Source: Rhodothermales bacterium (GTDB taxonomy: Bacteria; Bacteroidota; Rhodothermia; Rhodothermales; UBA10348). From it: 64,000 bases of DNA. The position numbers and the translations under genes are program-made. Below, piece after piece: positions 51,661 through 61,467 of this stretch. Numbering within the stretch: position 1 is the stretch's first letter; each line of letters starts with the position of its first letter. Below the pieces are notes generated by a model that ran no database searches, had not been told where the DNA came from, and saw nothing but the letters and a program-made list of their open reading frames with translations. The stretch spans positions 1,062,379 to 1,126,378 of the forward strand of contig CBDFGO010000002.1 in assembly GCA_965247125.1 (NCBI GenBank). Direction: 5' to 3'.

Positions 51661-52994
51661 GAGTCTTTCCTCAGGAACGCGTCGATTCCGTGCGCTGCTA
51701 CCTTTCCATCCTGAACGGCATCAACTATTTCTGCTCCTTTGTGCGTGCAGTCGCCGCCCAGGAAAAGGCCAGGAATGCCCGACTCACGCGTGTCCGGGTC
51801 GATGATCAACTGGCCATCCTCAGAACGCATGCCTTGGGCGGCGCCCATGAAGTCGAGCACCGGCGTCTGTCCCAACGCCTTGATGGCCATGTCGCATGGA
51901 ATGATGAAGTCTGATCGTTCTACCCGCTCAAGGCGGGCGCCTCTTCCCTCTCCGACCGCGTGAACCCGGCACATTTTTACCCCCGTAAGCGCACCGTTTT
52001 CTTCGAGAAACTCAACGGGCTGAACCAGCCAGCGAAACTCCACACCATCAGCCTTCGCGAGTTCATATTCGTAGGCGAAGGCCGACATTTCTTTGTCGGT
52101 CCTGCGGTATGCGATCGTGACTTTATCCGCTCCCAGTCGGGCCGCCTGCGTAGCCACGTCGATAGCCGTATTGCCGGCGCCGAGTACGATCACGTTTTGC
52201 CCGACCTGGCATTCACTGAGGGGCCCAGTGTGAGACTGAAAAATGAAATCCAGCGACTCGACGACGCCCTCGATATCCTCTCCCGGAATGCCGAGACGAG
52301 CGGTGGCTCCGAGTCCGACCGCCAGAAACACTGCATCATAATCACTTCGCAGCCTCGCGAGCCCCTCTCCATCGATGCGCTCGCCAAGCCGTACTTCGAC
52401 ACCCATATCCAGAATGGGCTGAATTTCGCTCAGCGAAAACTCGGTCGTGATCTTGTAGGCCGCGATGCCCAGAGTATTCAGACCGCCAAGAATATCGCGA
52501 GCCTCGAAGACGGTCACTGCGTGGCCCAGCCGTCGAAGTGAGTTGGCGCACGAGAGCCCAGCCGGACCTGCTCCAATGACGGCGACAGATTTTCCGGTGT
52601 CGGCGCCCGGCTCGAAAAAACGCAATCCCTTGTCAGCAGCGAAGTCTGTGCCGTAGCGCTGTAGCCGTCCAATCTGGACGGGGCTTTTCAAGAGCGTGCG
52701 GTCCACGCACGCCCCCTCACACAGTACTTCGGTGGGACACGCACGCGCGCAGGATCCACCGAAAATGTTCTCATCGAGAATGGTTTCGGCCGCGCCTCCT
52801 GGATTGTCGTGCAGGATCTGCCGGATAAATCGCGGCACGTCGATGCCTGTCGGGCAGGCACGTGTACACGGAGCATCATAGCAGAAAAGACATCGGGACG
52901 CATCCGTCACCGCTTCGTCCCGCGAAAAAGCAGGATGAAGATCTGCAAAGTTTTCGGCCAACAGTTCGGCCGACAAATGTGTCTTATCAATCAT
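51657..52994 (-). CDS. preT: Dihydropyrimidine dehydrogenase, PreT-type subunit (GltD-like NAD(P)H/FAD oxidoreductase)
   Basis: Motifs CLFCYDAPCTRACPTGIDV, VAVIGAGPAGLSCA and VLGAGNTAIDVA. Confidence 0.85.
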   Translation of the reverse strand: MIDKTHLSAELLAENFADLHPAFSRDEAVTDASRCLFCYDAPCTRACPTGIDVPRFIRQILHDNPGGAAETILDENIFGGSCARACPTEVLCEGACVDRTLLKSPVQIGRLQRYGTDFAADKGLRFFEPGADTGKSVAVIGAGPAGLSCANSLRRLGHAVTVFEARDILGGLNTLGIAAYKITTEFSLSEIQPILDMGVEVRLGERIDGEGLARLRSDYDAVFLAVGLGATARLGIPGEDIEGVVESLDFIFQSHTGPLSECQVGQNVIVLGAGNTAIDVATQAARLGADKVTIAYRRTDKEMSAFAYEYELAKADGVEFRWLVQPVEFLEENGALTGVKMCRVHAVGEGRGARLERVERSDFIIPCDMAIKALGQTPVLDFMGAAQGMRSEDGQLIIDPDTRESGIPGLFLGGDCTHKGAEIVDAVQDGKVAAHGIDAFLRKDS

Positions 52995-53027
52995 ATGCTC
53001 ATTTCAAGCAAGGCGGGAGGCCAATAG

Positions 53028-54500
53028 TCAACTCATCCAGTTGCTGCGGTGCTGATACGACCATTTGGTCGTGATTTTCTTGGTTTTCGTCCAGAAATCA
53101 ATCGCGGTTGGACCTGTAATGTCACCGCCTCCGAAAGCGCTGTCATTCCATCCACCAAAAGCGAAGGGCTCACGCGGGACAGGAACTCCGATATTGACCC
53201 CGACCATCCCTGCGCTGGCGTGATCGGCGAAGTACTGAGCCGTTCCGCCCGAGGACGTGTATACCGCCGCCGCATTGCCGTACGGATTCGCATTTTCAAT
53301 CTCGAGGGCTTCAGCCAATGTCTTGCATCGAATTACTGTTAACGTCGGGCCGAAAATTTCTTCGCACGAAGCTTCGTGATCTGGCGAGGCGTGGTCGATA
53401 ATACTGGCACCCAGATAATGACCACCCGCCGGAGCATGCTCAAGGGATGCTTTTCTTCCGTCGAGCGCCAGCACCGCTCCCCCTGCTTCCGCACGCTCAA
53501 GGTATCCGGTTATTCGGCTATGGGCGACTTCGCTGATGATGGCTCCCATATCGCGCCCGACGACTATAGCCTCCATCTTCTGTTTGATCAAATCCAAGAT
53601 GTGGTCGCAATCCCCAACAGCCAGAAGGACGCTAGCTGCCATGCACCGCTGGCCGGCGCACCCTGCCACGGAGGCAACTACGTTAGTGGCCGTCATTTCG
53701 GGATTGGCATCCGGGACAACCACGAGATGATTTTTCGCGCCTCCGAGCGCCCGAACTCTTTTCCCGAGGGCTGTGCTGCGTTCATAAACGAGGCGGGCTA
53801 CCCGCGTCGAGCCGACAAATCCGATGGCGGAGATTCCGGGATGATCACACATCGCCTCGACGATTTCCCGATCGCCGTTGACGACAGAAAACAGTCCGGC
53901 CGGCAAACCCGATTCCTCCAGAAGGCGCGCGATTTCGAGCGCACTCAAGGGCGTCTGCTCCGATGGCTTCAGTACGACAGCATTCCCGAGGCCAAGCGAC
54001 ATCGGAATCATCCAGAGCGGCACCATGAACGGAAAATTGAAGGGCGTGATCGCTGCGGTCACGCCTACTGGGACACGTACCGTCCGGCATTCTACCCCCC
54101 GACTCACTTCCATGATTTCTCCTGTCGCAATCTGTGGGAGACTCACCGCGAATTCGAGACACTCTACCGCTCTCATCACGCTTCCGAGAGATTCCGCGTG
54201 TGTTTTACCGTTTTCCTTCGTAACCACATCGGCCAGATGATCCTTTTCGGCTTCTACCAGGGTTTTCATCTGATAGAGGATCTGCACGCGATCTTTCATG
54301 GGCATCTTCGCCCATTCGATCTGTGCTTTGCTCGCCGCGTCGACCGCGGCATCGAGCTCGGAGGCTCCAGAAAGAGGTACATCCGCAATAAGTTCTCCCG
54401 TGTTCGGTTCCAGCACGGGAAGGGTCCTCGAGGTCGGGCTCTGAACCCGCTCACCGCCGATAAAATTCGGTAGCAAGGTAGTCGTCAGTATTTCGCTCAT
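53028..54500 (-). CDS. mmsA: CoA-acylating malonate/methylmalonate-semialdehyde dehydrogenase
   Basis: ALDH family. NFIGGERV, FNFPFMVPLWMIPMSLGLGNAVVLKPSEQTP (MmsA-type), and catalytic Cys in AGQRCMA. Confidence 0.85.
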   Translation of the reverse strand: MSEILTTTLLPNFIGGERVQSPTSRTLPVLEPNTGELIADVPLSGASELDAAVDAASKAQIEWAKMPMKDRVQILYQMKTLVEAEKDHLADVVTKENGKTHAESLGSVMRAVECLEFAVSLPQIATGEIMEVSRGVECRTVRVPVGVTAAITPFNFPFMVPLWMIPMSLGLGNAVVLKPSEQTPLSALEIARLLEESGLPAGLFSVVNGDREIVEAMCDHPGISAIGFVGSTRVARLVYERSTALGKRVRALGGAKNHLVVVPDANPEMTATNVVASVAGCAGQRCMAASVLLAVGDCDHILDLIKQKMEAIVVGRDMGAIISEVAHSRITGYLERAEAGGAVLALDGRKASLEHAPAGGHYLGASIIDHASPDHEASCEEIFGPTLTVIRCKTLAEALEIENANPYGNAAAVYTSSGGTAQYFADHASAGMVGVNIGVPVPREPFAFGGWNDSAFGGGDITGPTAIDFWTKTKKITTKWSYQHRSNWMS

Positions 54501-55945
54501 TATGCTATCTCTACAGATTCAAGTTCTGAATGTTGAGGTGCGGAATTATCAGCCGCCAACCCGGCAGTTCTTCGCGAGAGCCATTTCCCCCGGCCCGCCT
54601 CGCCCACAACCGTGTAATCATCTACGATCACGTCGCCACGAGACAATGTTGTTCTGGAAAATCCGGCAAGGGACCAGCCTTCGTAAGGCGACCAGTCGGC
54701 ATTGGTCTCCATCGAAGTCGGATCTACCCGGATCTCATTCGTTGGATGGATAATCGCCATGTCGGCATCTGTACCCACCTGAATAGCACCCTTGCGTGGT
54801 GCCAGACCCATGATGCGCGCGGGATTGGTCGACAGCTTGCGGCACATCTCTTCGATCGAGATTCGACCGGCGCGGACGCCATGCGTATAGACGAGCGGCA
54901 ACAGCGTTTCGAGTCCCGGAAGACCCATGGGGATCTTGGTAAAGTCGCCCTCCCACATGGCCTTCTGTTCCCGAGAAAAGGTACAGGTGTCGGTCGAGAC
55001 AACAGAGACTTCACCGTCATTCATGCCCTTCCAGAGACGCTCGATGTCCTTCGGTTTCTTGATCTGTGGACAGCAGGCAAAAAGGTGTCCGTCTTTTCTA
55101 GCGAAGACGGAATCTTCCAGAACGAGGTACTGGACGCACGTTTCCGCCAGAACGGGAACCCCACGCGACTTCGCACGGCGTACAATATCTGCACCCTCAG
55201 AGGTGGACATGTGCACGATGTAGAGCTGCCCACCCGTCATTTCGCTCCACATGATGGCACGTTGGATGGCTTCGGCCTCGACAAAGTTGGGTCGCGACAT
55301 GTGATGGAGCTGCGCACCGTACTTGGCCATCAGCTCGGGTGTGTGATGCCGCTCGATAAGCTCATCCAAAACGCGCGAAGATTCTGCGTGCACCAGAAGC
55401 ATGGTGCCGAGCTCTTTCATCTTTTCGAGTGTACCAAACATCGCGCGATCATCCGACTGCCAGCCTTCCGACTCGTAGATCATGAACTCCTTGAAGGTGG
55501 AGAAACCTCGCTCGACCATTCCTTCGATCTGGTCCTTGTGCTCATCCCAACGTGTAATGCAGATATGGAACGTGTAGTCGATGAGGGCCTTCCCTTCTGC
55601 TTTCTGATGCCACTTGTCGGCTGCGTCATTGAGCGAATCGCCCTCGTAGGGGATCGCAAAATCGATCAGCGTGGTGACGCCGCCGCGGGCTCCGGCACGG
55701 GTGCCCGTATAGTAGTCGTCTGCGGAGGTTGTGCCGCAGAAAGGAAGGGCCAGGTGAACGTGGACATCCAGGACGCCAGGGATCACATAGTGTCCCGAAG
55801 CGTCAATTATCTGCGCGCCATTTGAACTGGAGGCCAGACCGGTCCCGATGGCCGCGATCTTCTCCCCAGATATGGCTATATCCGCGTCAAGTACGCCACC
55901 CGGCGTTACGGCATTTCCACCCGTTATGATTTTGTCATAATTCAT
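54500..55945 (-). CDS. Dihydropyrimidinase / D-hydantoinase
   Basis: Cyclic amidohydrolase motifs PGVLDVHVHL, GGVTTLIDFA and MLLVHAES. The protein is 481 aa. Confidence 0.88.
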   Translation of the reverse strand: MNYDKIITGGNAVTPGGVLDADIAISGEKIAAIGTGLASSSNGAQIIDASGHYVIPGVLDVHVHLALPFCGTTSADDYYTGTRAGARGGVTTLIDFAIPYEGDSLNDAADKWHQKAEGKALIDYTFHICITRWDEHKDQIEGMVERGFSTFKEFMIYESEGWQSDDRAMFGTLEKMKELGTMLLVHAESSRVLDELIERHHTPELMAKYGAQLHHMSRPNFVEAEAIQRAIMWSEMTGGQLYIVHMSTSEGADIVRRAKSRGVPVLAETCVQYLVLEDSVFARKDGHLFACCPQIKKPKDIERLWKGMNDGEVSVVSTDTCTFSREQKAMWEGDFTKIPMGLPGLETLLPLVYTHGVRAGRISIEEMCRKLSTNPARIMGLAPRKGAIQVGTDADMAIIHPTNEIRVDPTSMETNADWSPYEGWSLAGFSRTTLSRGDVIVDDYTVVGEAGRGKWLSRRTAGLAADNSAPQHSELESVEIA

Positions 55946-55957
55946 CGCGACCCCCTC

Positions 55958-57364
55958 CTAATTTGCCACTGTAGACGCCATCGCAGACGCTACTGCAGCA
56001 GTCAACGCCTCATCCATAGCGCTGACCGTGTAGTCTGCGTCTTCTGCCGTGATACACATGGGCGGCTTGATGCGCAGTACGTTTCCATAAATACCACCCT
56101 TTCCAATCAACACGCCTCTTTCTCTTATTTTTTCCAGTACGATGCCCGTCGCAGCCGGATTGGGCTCTTTGGAGGCGCGGTCCGTGACGAGTTCCAGACC
56201 CAACATGAGTCCCATACCCCGAACGTCGCCGACAATTTCGTGTCGCGCCATGAGGCCTTCGAGACCAGCTTTCAGACGGGCGCCTACGACGCGGCAATTT
56301 TCCTGGAGGCCGTCTTCTTCGATGACCTCAAGCACGGCGAGACCCGCGGCCATGCTGACAGGGTTTCCACCGTAGGTATTGAAGTGGAGCCGCGACGTGT
56401 AGGCATCGGCAATCTCTCGGCGGGTTGTCACCGCGGCCAGAGGAATTCCGTTTCCAATTCCCTTTGCGAGCACCACCATATCCGGGACGACGCCGGACGT
56501 TTCGAAGCCCCAGTAGTGGGTACCCGTGCGACCGAATCCCGTCTGGACTTCATCGGCGATGCAGAGCCCGCCGTGCTCCCGGATAATATCATACGTCTCC
56601 GGCAAATAGTTCGAGGCGCCGTACGTGACTCCGCCGACTCCCTGGATCGGTTCAGCGATAAACGCTGCAACTTGACCGGGGGTCGAAAAACGAATCAGGT
56701 CGCGGATGTCGGCTGCGCTTTTACTGGCGATCTCCTTGGGCGTGCCTTCGAACGGATTCCGATAGGGATCGGGGCAGATTGCGTGGTGAATTCGCGCTCC
56801 GAGCGGGATGTCGCGCTTCCAGGTGTGGTGCGAAGTGAGGGCGGCTGAGGTCGAGGACATTCCGTGATAGGCGTTTCTCAGGGCGATGACATCCGTGTTT
56901 CCGGTGTAGGCGCGAGCCATGTTGATGGCGAGTTCGATGGCTTCGCTCCCGCTGTTCACGAAATACGTCACATCCAGTCCCGGGGGCATCTTCTCGGCCA
57001 GCCTTTCTGAAAGAAGCGGTAGATGCGGGTGGAGATAAATCGTGGTCGCGTGTTGAAGCGTGGCGACCTGTTCCTGGATGCGTTTGACGATTTTCGGGTG
57101 GCAGTGACCGCAGGACACGGTCACGATGCCTGCAAGCATGTCAAGATACCGCCGGCCTGTTTCGTCGAACAGCCACTGCATGTGCCCATCCACGATCATG
57201 ATGGGGTCCTTGTACATCGCGAATACAGACGGATGCACGTGCTCCGCGCGCATTCGAAGCGTCTCATCTCGTGAGGGTCCGTCGTAAGGGGGCGGCGTGT
57301 AGTCGGTGGCAGGCATTGCCAGTTGATCTGCCATCTGTATTTCAGTCATGGATTCATTTATCAA
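55958..57364 (-). CDS. Class-III PLP aminotransferase, AGXT2-like (beta-alanine / 3-aminoisobutyrate:pyruvate transaminase)
   Basis: Motifs AGIVTVSCGHCHPKIV, FVNSGSEAIELA, ADEVQTGFGRTG and VLAKGIGNG. Its operon context is pyrimidine catabolism genes. Confidence 0.8.
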   Translation of the reverse strand: MINESMTEIQMADQLAMPATDYTPPPYDGPSRDETLRMRAEHVHPSVFAMYKDPIMIVDGHMQWLFDETGRRYLDMLAGIVTVSCGHCHPKIVKRIQEQVATLQHATTIYLHPHLPLLSERLAEKMPPGLDVTYFVNSGSEAIELAINMARAYTGNTDVIALRNAYHGMSSTSAALTSHHTWKRDIPLGARIHHAICPDPYRNPFEGTPKEIASKSAADIRDLIRFSTPGQVAAFIAEPIQGVGGVTYGASNYLPETYDIIREHGGLCIADEVQTGFGRTGTHYWGFETSGVVPDMVVLAKGIGNGIPLAAVTTRREIADAYTSRLHFNTYGGNPVSMAAGLAVLEVIEEDGLQENCRVVGARLKAGLEGLMARHEIVGDVRGMGLMLGLELVTDRASKEPNPAATGIVLEKIRERGVLIGKGGIYGNVLRIKPPMCITAEDADYTVSAMDEALTAAVASAMASTVAN

Positions 57365-58869
57365 TTATTCGATTCTCCCGCGGCATCCGGAGCGGTGTCA
57401 GCCGGAAATAATCTACTCAATGCGAAATAACATCCTCCGGCCAGAAAAAAGCTCACGAACCAGGCGTAGGTATAGATGGAGTTGAACAGGTCTGGAACCA
57501 CGATGCTCCCATTACTCGCTTGCTGCAAGAATCCTGGAATATTCATCACGATTCCGACAGAGATTGCGACCAGTGCGCGCCAGTTTACACCGCTCGGTCC
57601 ATAAGAGTATTCACCGACACGGCGATAGAGTTCCTCCACTTTCAGGCGCATCTTTCGCAATACGAAATAATCGACGATCATCACGCCACCAATGGAGCCA
57701 AGCAGCGCACTGTAGCCAATCAGCCATGTAAAGATGTAGTTGGAAAGGTCGGAATAGAGCTTCCAGGGAAAGATCAGAATTCCTATGAAGCCTGCGATCA
57801 GGCCTCCTCGTTTAAAACTTATTAGCCGAGGCGCAAGATTCGAAAAATCGTTGGCTGGCGAGACCACGTTTGCGGCGATGTTCGTCGAAAGGGTCGCGAT
57901 CGTGAGACCAAACAACGCGAAGCCGATCACCACGGGGTTCTCAAATCGTCCCAACAGTAGAACTGGATCCCAGATGACTTCGCCAAAGATGAGAACCGTG
58001 GCCGACGTTACCGTGATGCCGATGAAGGCGAAAAGGGTCATGGTCGTAGGAAGACCGATGAGCTGGCCCAGCATCTGATGCCGTTGATTGAACGCGTATC
58101 GGGTAAAATCTGGAATGTTCAGCGATAGTGTAGCCCAGAACCCGACCATTGCAGTCAAATTGGGCCAGAACGACGCCCAGAAGTTGAAATCCTGTGCGAG
58201 CCCTCCGCGGACCATGGCTACGGTATCGTCAGAGAGTACTCGGGCAAATCCGCCGCCCGCATCCACGGCCCACCAGAGGAGTCCAAGTCCCGCGACGATC
58301 AGGAAGGGCGCGGCGAGCGTTTCGAGCCATTTAATGGTATCAATACCGGCCAGGATGATGCCAATATTGATCGCCCAGAAAAACAGGAAGCTCACCAACT
58401 GTCCTGCCGAGAGCCCGAGAATCGGCAGCATGTCCGCCGCACCCGCGGGCTCGAATTCGAAGATCACGGAGAATAGCGTGTAGATGGCCGATCCTCCGAT
58501 CCAGGTCTGTATTCCAAACCAGCCACAGGCCACCAGCGCCCGCATGATCGCGGGGATGTTCGCTCCGATGGTTCCAAATGACGCACGCAGTATCACAGGA
58601 AACGGGATTCCATAGCGCGTTCCAGCGTGGGCGTTCAACACCATGGGGATGAGCACAATCAGGTTGCCCAGGGCGATCACCACCAGTGCCTGGCTCCAGT
58701 TCATTCCCTGCGAAATCATACCCGAAGCCAACGTATACGTCGGGATGTTGACGGCCATTCCGACCCACAGGGCCGCAATGGCCCACATGCTCCACGATCG
58801 CTTATCGAAGAGGACCGGTGCGAGATCCTCGTTGTACAGAGAAGACTGTGTAATATCCGAATTCGGCAT
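57361..58869 (-). CDS. NCS1-family nucleobase:cation symporter (uracil / dihydropyrimidine / hydantoin-type permease)
   Basis: 502 aa with ~12 TM helices. The N-terminus LYNEDLAPVLFDKRSWSMWAIAALWVGMAVNIPTY is typical of NCS1. Its stop overlaps the aminotransferase start by 4 nt. Confidence 0.85.
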   Translation of the reverse strand: MPNSDITQSSLYNEDLAPVLFDKRSWSMWAIAALWVGMAVNIPTYTLASGMISQGMNWSQALVVIALGNLIVLIPMVLNAHAGTRYGIPFPVILRASFGTIGANIPAIMRALVACGWFGIQTWIGGSAIYTLFSVIFEFEPAGAADMLPILGLSAGQLVSFLFFWAINIGIILAGIDTIKWLETLAAPFLIVAGLGLLWWAVDAGGGFARVLSDDTVAMVRGGLAQDFNFWASFWPNLTAMVGFWATLSLNIPDFTRYAFNQRHQMLGQLIGLPTTMTLFAFIGITVTSATVLIFGEVIWDPVLLLGRFENPVVIGFALFGLTIATLSTNIAANVVSPANDFSNLAPRLISFKRGGLIAGFIGILIFPWKLYSDLSNYIFTWLIGYSALLGSIGGVMIVDYFVLRKMRLKVEELYRRVGEYSYGPSGVNWRALVAISVGIVMNIPGFLQQASNGSIVVPDLFNSIYTYAWFVSFFLAGGCYFALSRLFPADTAPDAAGESNN

Positions 58870-58899
58870 ATTGCAGGTCGTCGGGCAACACGCGGCGTG

Positions 58900-59772
58900 T
58901 TACGGTTTGGTGATGGCTTCGTAGGTATCTGGACGACGATCACGGTAGAACGGCCATACGTTTCTCACTTCTCTTATGAGGTTCAAGTCAAGGTCCGCGA
59001 CGACGACTGCGTCCTCGCTTCTCGGACCCTCCGCCATGATCTGTCCGCGAGGATTAGCGAAATACGACTGACCGTAGAATTCTCCGATATTCCAGGGCGC
59101 TTCCGTTCCTGGCCGGTTTATAGCACCGACGTAATACATGTTCGCGCACGCTGCGGCCGGTTGCTCGAGCTTCCACAGATATTCGCTGAGCCCGGCGACA
59201 GTGGCTGAAGGATTGAATACAATCTCGGCGCCGTTCAGTCCCAGCTCTCTCCACCCTTCCGGAAAATGTCTATCGTAGCAGATGTAGACCCCTACTTTTC
59301 CGACCGAAGTGTCAAAAATGGGATAGCCCAGATTGCCGGGACGGAAATAGAATTTTTCCCAGAATCCGGGGTGGCAATGCGGAATGTGGATCTTCCTGAA
59401 CTTACCCAGATAGGTCCCATCGGCCTCAATTACAGCGGCCGTATTGTAGTACACACCCGTCAGATCCTCTTCGTACATAGGTACGATAATTACCATATTG
59501 TGCTTTTTGGCCAAATCCTGCATGAGACGGGTGGTGTCTCCATCCGGAATCTGCTCAACCATGGAGAACCACTTCGGATTTTGCTCAGCGCCGAAATAAG
59601 GGCCATTAAACAACTCCTGCATGCAGACAACTTGCGCCCCCTTTTCCGCCGCCTCTTCGATCAGCGCGACGTGTTTGTCGATCATGGATGCTTTGATTTT
59701 CTCAACCGGCGCGTCGGTGCTCTCGCTCAATGTGGCCTGGATCAAAGCGGCTCGTACAATGCGGTCGTTCAA
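58900..59772 (-). CDS. Beta-ureidopropionase (N-carbamoyl-beta-alanine amidohydrolase), nitrilase superfamily
   Basis: CN-hydrolase E-K-C triad context: CMQELF, YLGKFRKIHIP and VYICYDRHFPE. The protein is 290 aa. Confidence 0.85.
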   Translation of the reverse strand: MNDRIVRAALIQATLSESTDAPVEKIKASMIDKHVALIEEAAEKGAQVVCMQELFNGPYFGAEQNPKWFSMVEQIPDGDTTRLMQDLAKKHNMVIIVPMYEEDLTGVYYNTAAVIEADGTYLGKFRKIHIPHCHPGFWEKFYFRPGNLGYPIFDTSVGKVGVYICYDRHFPEGWRELGLNGAEIVFNPSATVAGLSEYLWKLEQPAAACANMYYVGAINRPGTEAPWNIGEFYGQSYFANPRGQIMAEGPRSEDAVVVADLDLNLIREVRNVWPFYRDRRPDTYEAITKP

Positions 59773-60016
59773 AGCAGATCTCGATTAGTTTGCGTGCAAA
59801 TGTCCGCGAAGCCAGCCCAACGCACCCGAATGAGGCAAAAAACGCCTTAAACGGCCCTGAAAAGAGCCAAAATGCTTCTGCGAACCGCCAATTTACCCGC
59901 CGCGAAGTAAATAGCAAGCCGATTTCGGCCGTTGCCGGTCCAGACAAATGAGTGAATGGCGGCTTAGCTTCGACTTCCGGAGGGTGATTCACGAAATCGA
60001 ACGAGAATCACAGTTC

Positions 60017-60694
60017 TCATTGAACGGAGTCTTCCTTCGATTCCGGCGCTTCAGTTACCTCGAATCGTCTTCCCGCCCTGTCCTCGTACAGAGCGTCCCC
60101 GATCTGCGTCAGAACGAGGCGTTTTGTCCCCCCGTCAACTCCCTTCCGCAACTTCATCAACAGTGGAACCACCAGGGTCAGAAGTCCAACCACGATGGAT
60201 AAGACCGCCAGAATTCTGAAGAAGAGTTCGCTTCTAAAATCTCCCCATATGAGGGAGACGAGCATGATGGCCAGTACGGAGATGGAGATGGAAGAGGCGG
60301 GCTGCGTCCAGCGTCCCTTCTCGTCCAGAGCAGGTAGAGACAGGAGGAATCCGTGAGCAAAAGCGACGGAGATTATCCAGAGTGACATTATGGTCCGAAC
60401 GGTGTTTCGGCCATCTAATTCCCCCCACATCGCGACGACGGTCATCAGGGCGGCGGCAATGGAGAAAACCACGCCGGTCAGTCCGAGTGCAGGAAGCTGT
60501 TTTCGCTCGATAAACGAGACACAGGACATTGAGCAGATGCTGGCAACGGAGATGGTAGCGCTTGTCACCAGGATTTTTACCTGAAACTCGCCGAACTCAT
60601 CTCGGAGGACGGCGATGATCGCGATGAGCGCGGTCAGGACCAAGAAACCGAGAAACACCCGTAGAGATAACTTCCTGATTCCTGTGTAGTCCAT
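60017..60694 (-). CDS. Hypothetical integral membrane protein (~6 TM helices)
   Basis: 225 aa, mostly hydrophobic helices, with a short soluble C-terminal tail. I recognise no family. Confidence 0.55.
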   Translation of the reverse strand: MDYTGIRKLSLRVFLGFLVLTALIAIIAVLRDEFGEFQVKILVTSATISVASICSMSCVSFIERKQLPALGLTGVVFSIAAALMTVVAMWGELDGRNTVRTIMSLWIISVAFAHGFLLSLPALDEKGRWTQPASSISISVLAIMLVSLIWGDFRSELFFRILAVLSIVVGLLTLVVPLLMKLRKGVDGGTKRLVLTQIGDALYEDRAGRRFEVTEAPESKEDSVQ

Positions 60695-60798
60695 GATCTA
60701 TACCAGACTGGATCTGCTAGGGCAGAAGGGTTGTGAAGCGGTTTCTACGTCATGTTAAGGCCTGCAATCGCAATCCGAAAGTACGTTGTAGCCAATCG

Positions 60799-61436
60799 TC
60801 AGACCCCAGAAAGCGACCAGATTTCACCCGACTCTATCACGGTCGTTCCGGGTTGAGAATTCTGAGCCTGTTTGGCCATGGCCCGGGCAATCCGTTCGGC
60901 GGAGATGGTACGCCATTTTTTTGGCAAAATTGTCATGGCCCATTGGCCGATTCGTTCCGCGCTCCGAGTGTCGCCAGGACGATGTCCACCGATGACCGAC
61001 GGTCTGAAAACAGCGACGGACTGAAAACCCAGCTCCGAGATCATGTTTTCCAGTTCACCTTTGATGCGACTGTAGAATATTCGAGACGAAGCGTTCGCCC
61101 CGAGAGAAGAAACGAGCGAAAAATGGGTAGCTCCCAGCCCGAGCGAGCGCCGTGCCACGGCGAAGGGGATTTCCACATCGATCTCAAGCATCCGCTCCTG
61201 GCTGCCTGCTTTCTTTATCGTGGTTCCGAAGGCGCAATAAACATGATCCACAGACTCCGCCGGCAAGAGCGTGTCAACCGTCGCAAGATCGAAGGGTACT
61301 TCTCTCAGTTTTTCCGACTCAACACCTGTCGATCGTCTTACCAGCGCGAAACCTGGTCGTACCGCGGATCTTCAATGAGCAATCGCAGGCAATGAGATCC
61401 CACAAGCCCGGTAGCTCCTAGTATCAAAGCGTTCAT
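60799..61436 (-). pseudogene. NAD(P)H-binding Rossmann protein (atypical SDR, HTATIP2/YbjT-like) interrupted by a 1-nt frameshift
   Basis: ATG 61436 gives MNALILGATGLVGSHCLRLLIEDPRYDQVSRW then a stop at 61340-61338. The -1 frame continues ALVRRSTGVESEKLREVPFDL...VYCAFGTTIKKAGSQE... to 60799. Confidence 0.7.
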
Positions 61437-61467
61437 GTCTGCCAGGTCCTCCGTGTGATGGAAACCC

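Noticed and set aside
53376-54473. 365-aa ORF on the plus strand
   Set aside because: It is antisense to the aldehyde dehydrogenase (mmsA-like) gene, which has strong family motifs. Shadow ORF.
54530-55825. 431-aa ORF on the plus strand
   Set aside because: It lies entirely antisense to the well-supported dihydropyrimidinase gene. Its composition is Arg/Gly/His-rich with low complexity and no recognisable motif. This is a typical shadow ORF in GC-rich coding DNA.
60733-61395. 220-aa ORF on the plus strand
   Set aside because: It lies opposite the frameshifted NAD(P)H-binding gene. The two minus-strand fragments have clear Rossmann/SDR motifs, and this ORF has none.
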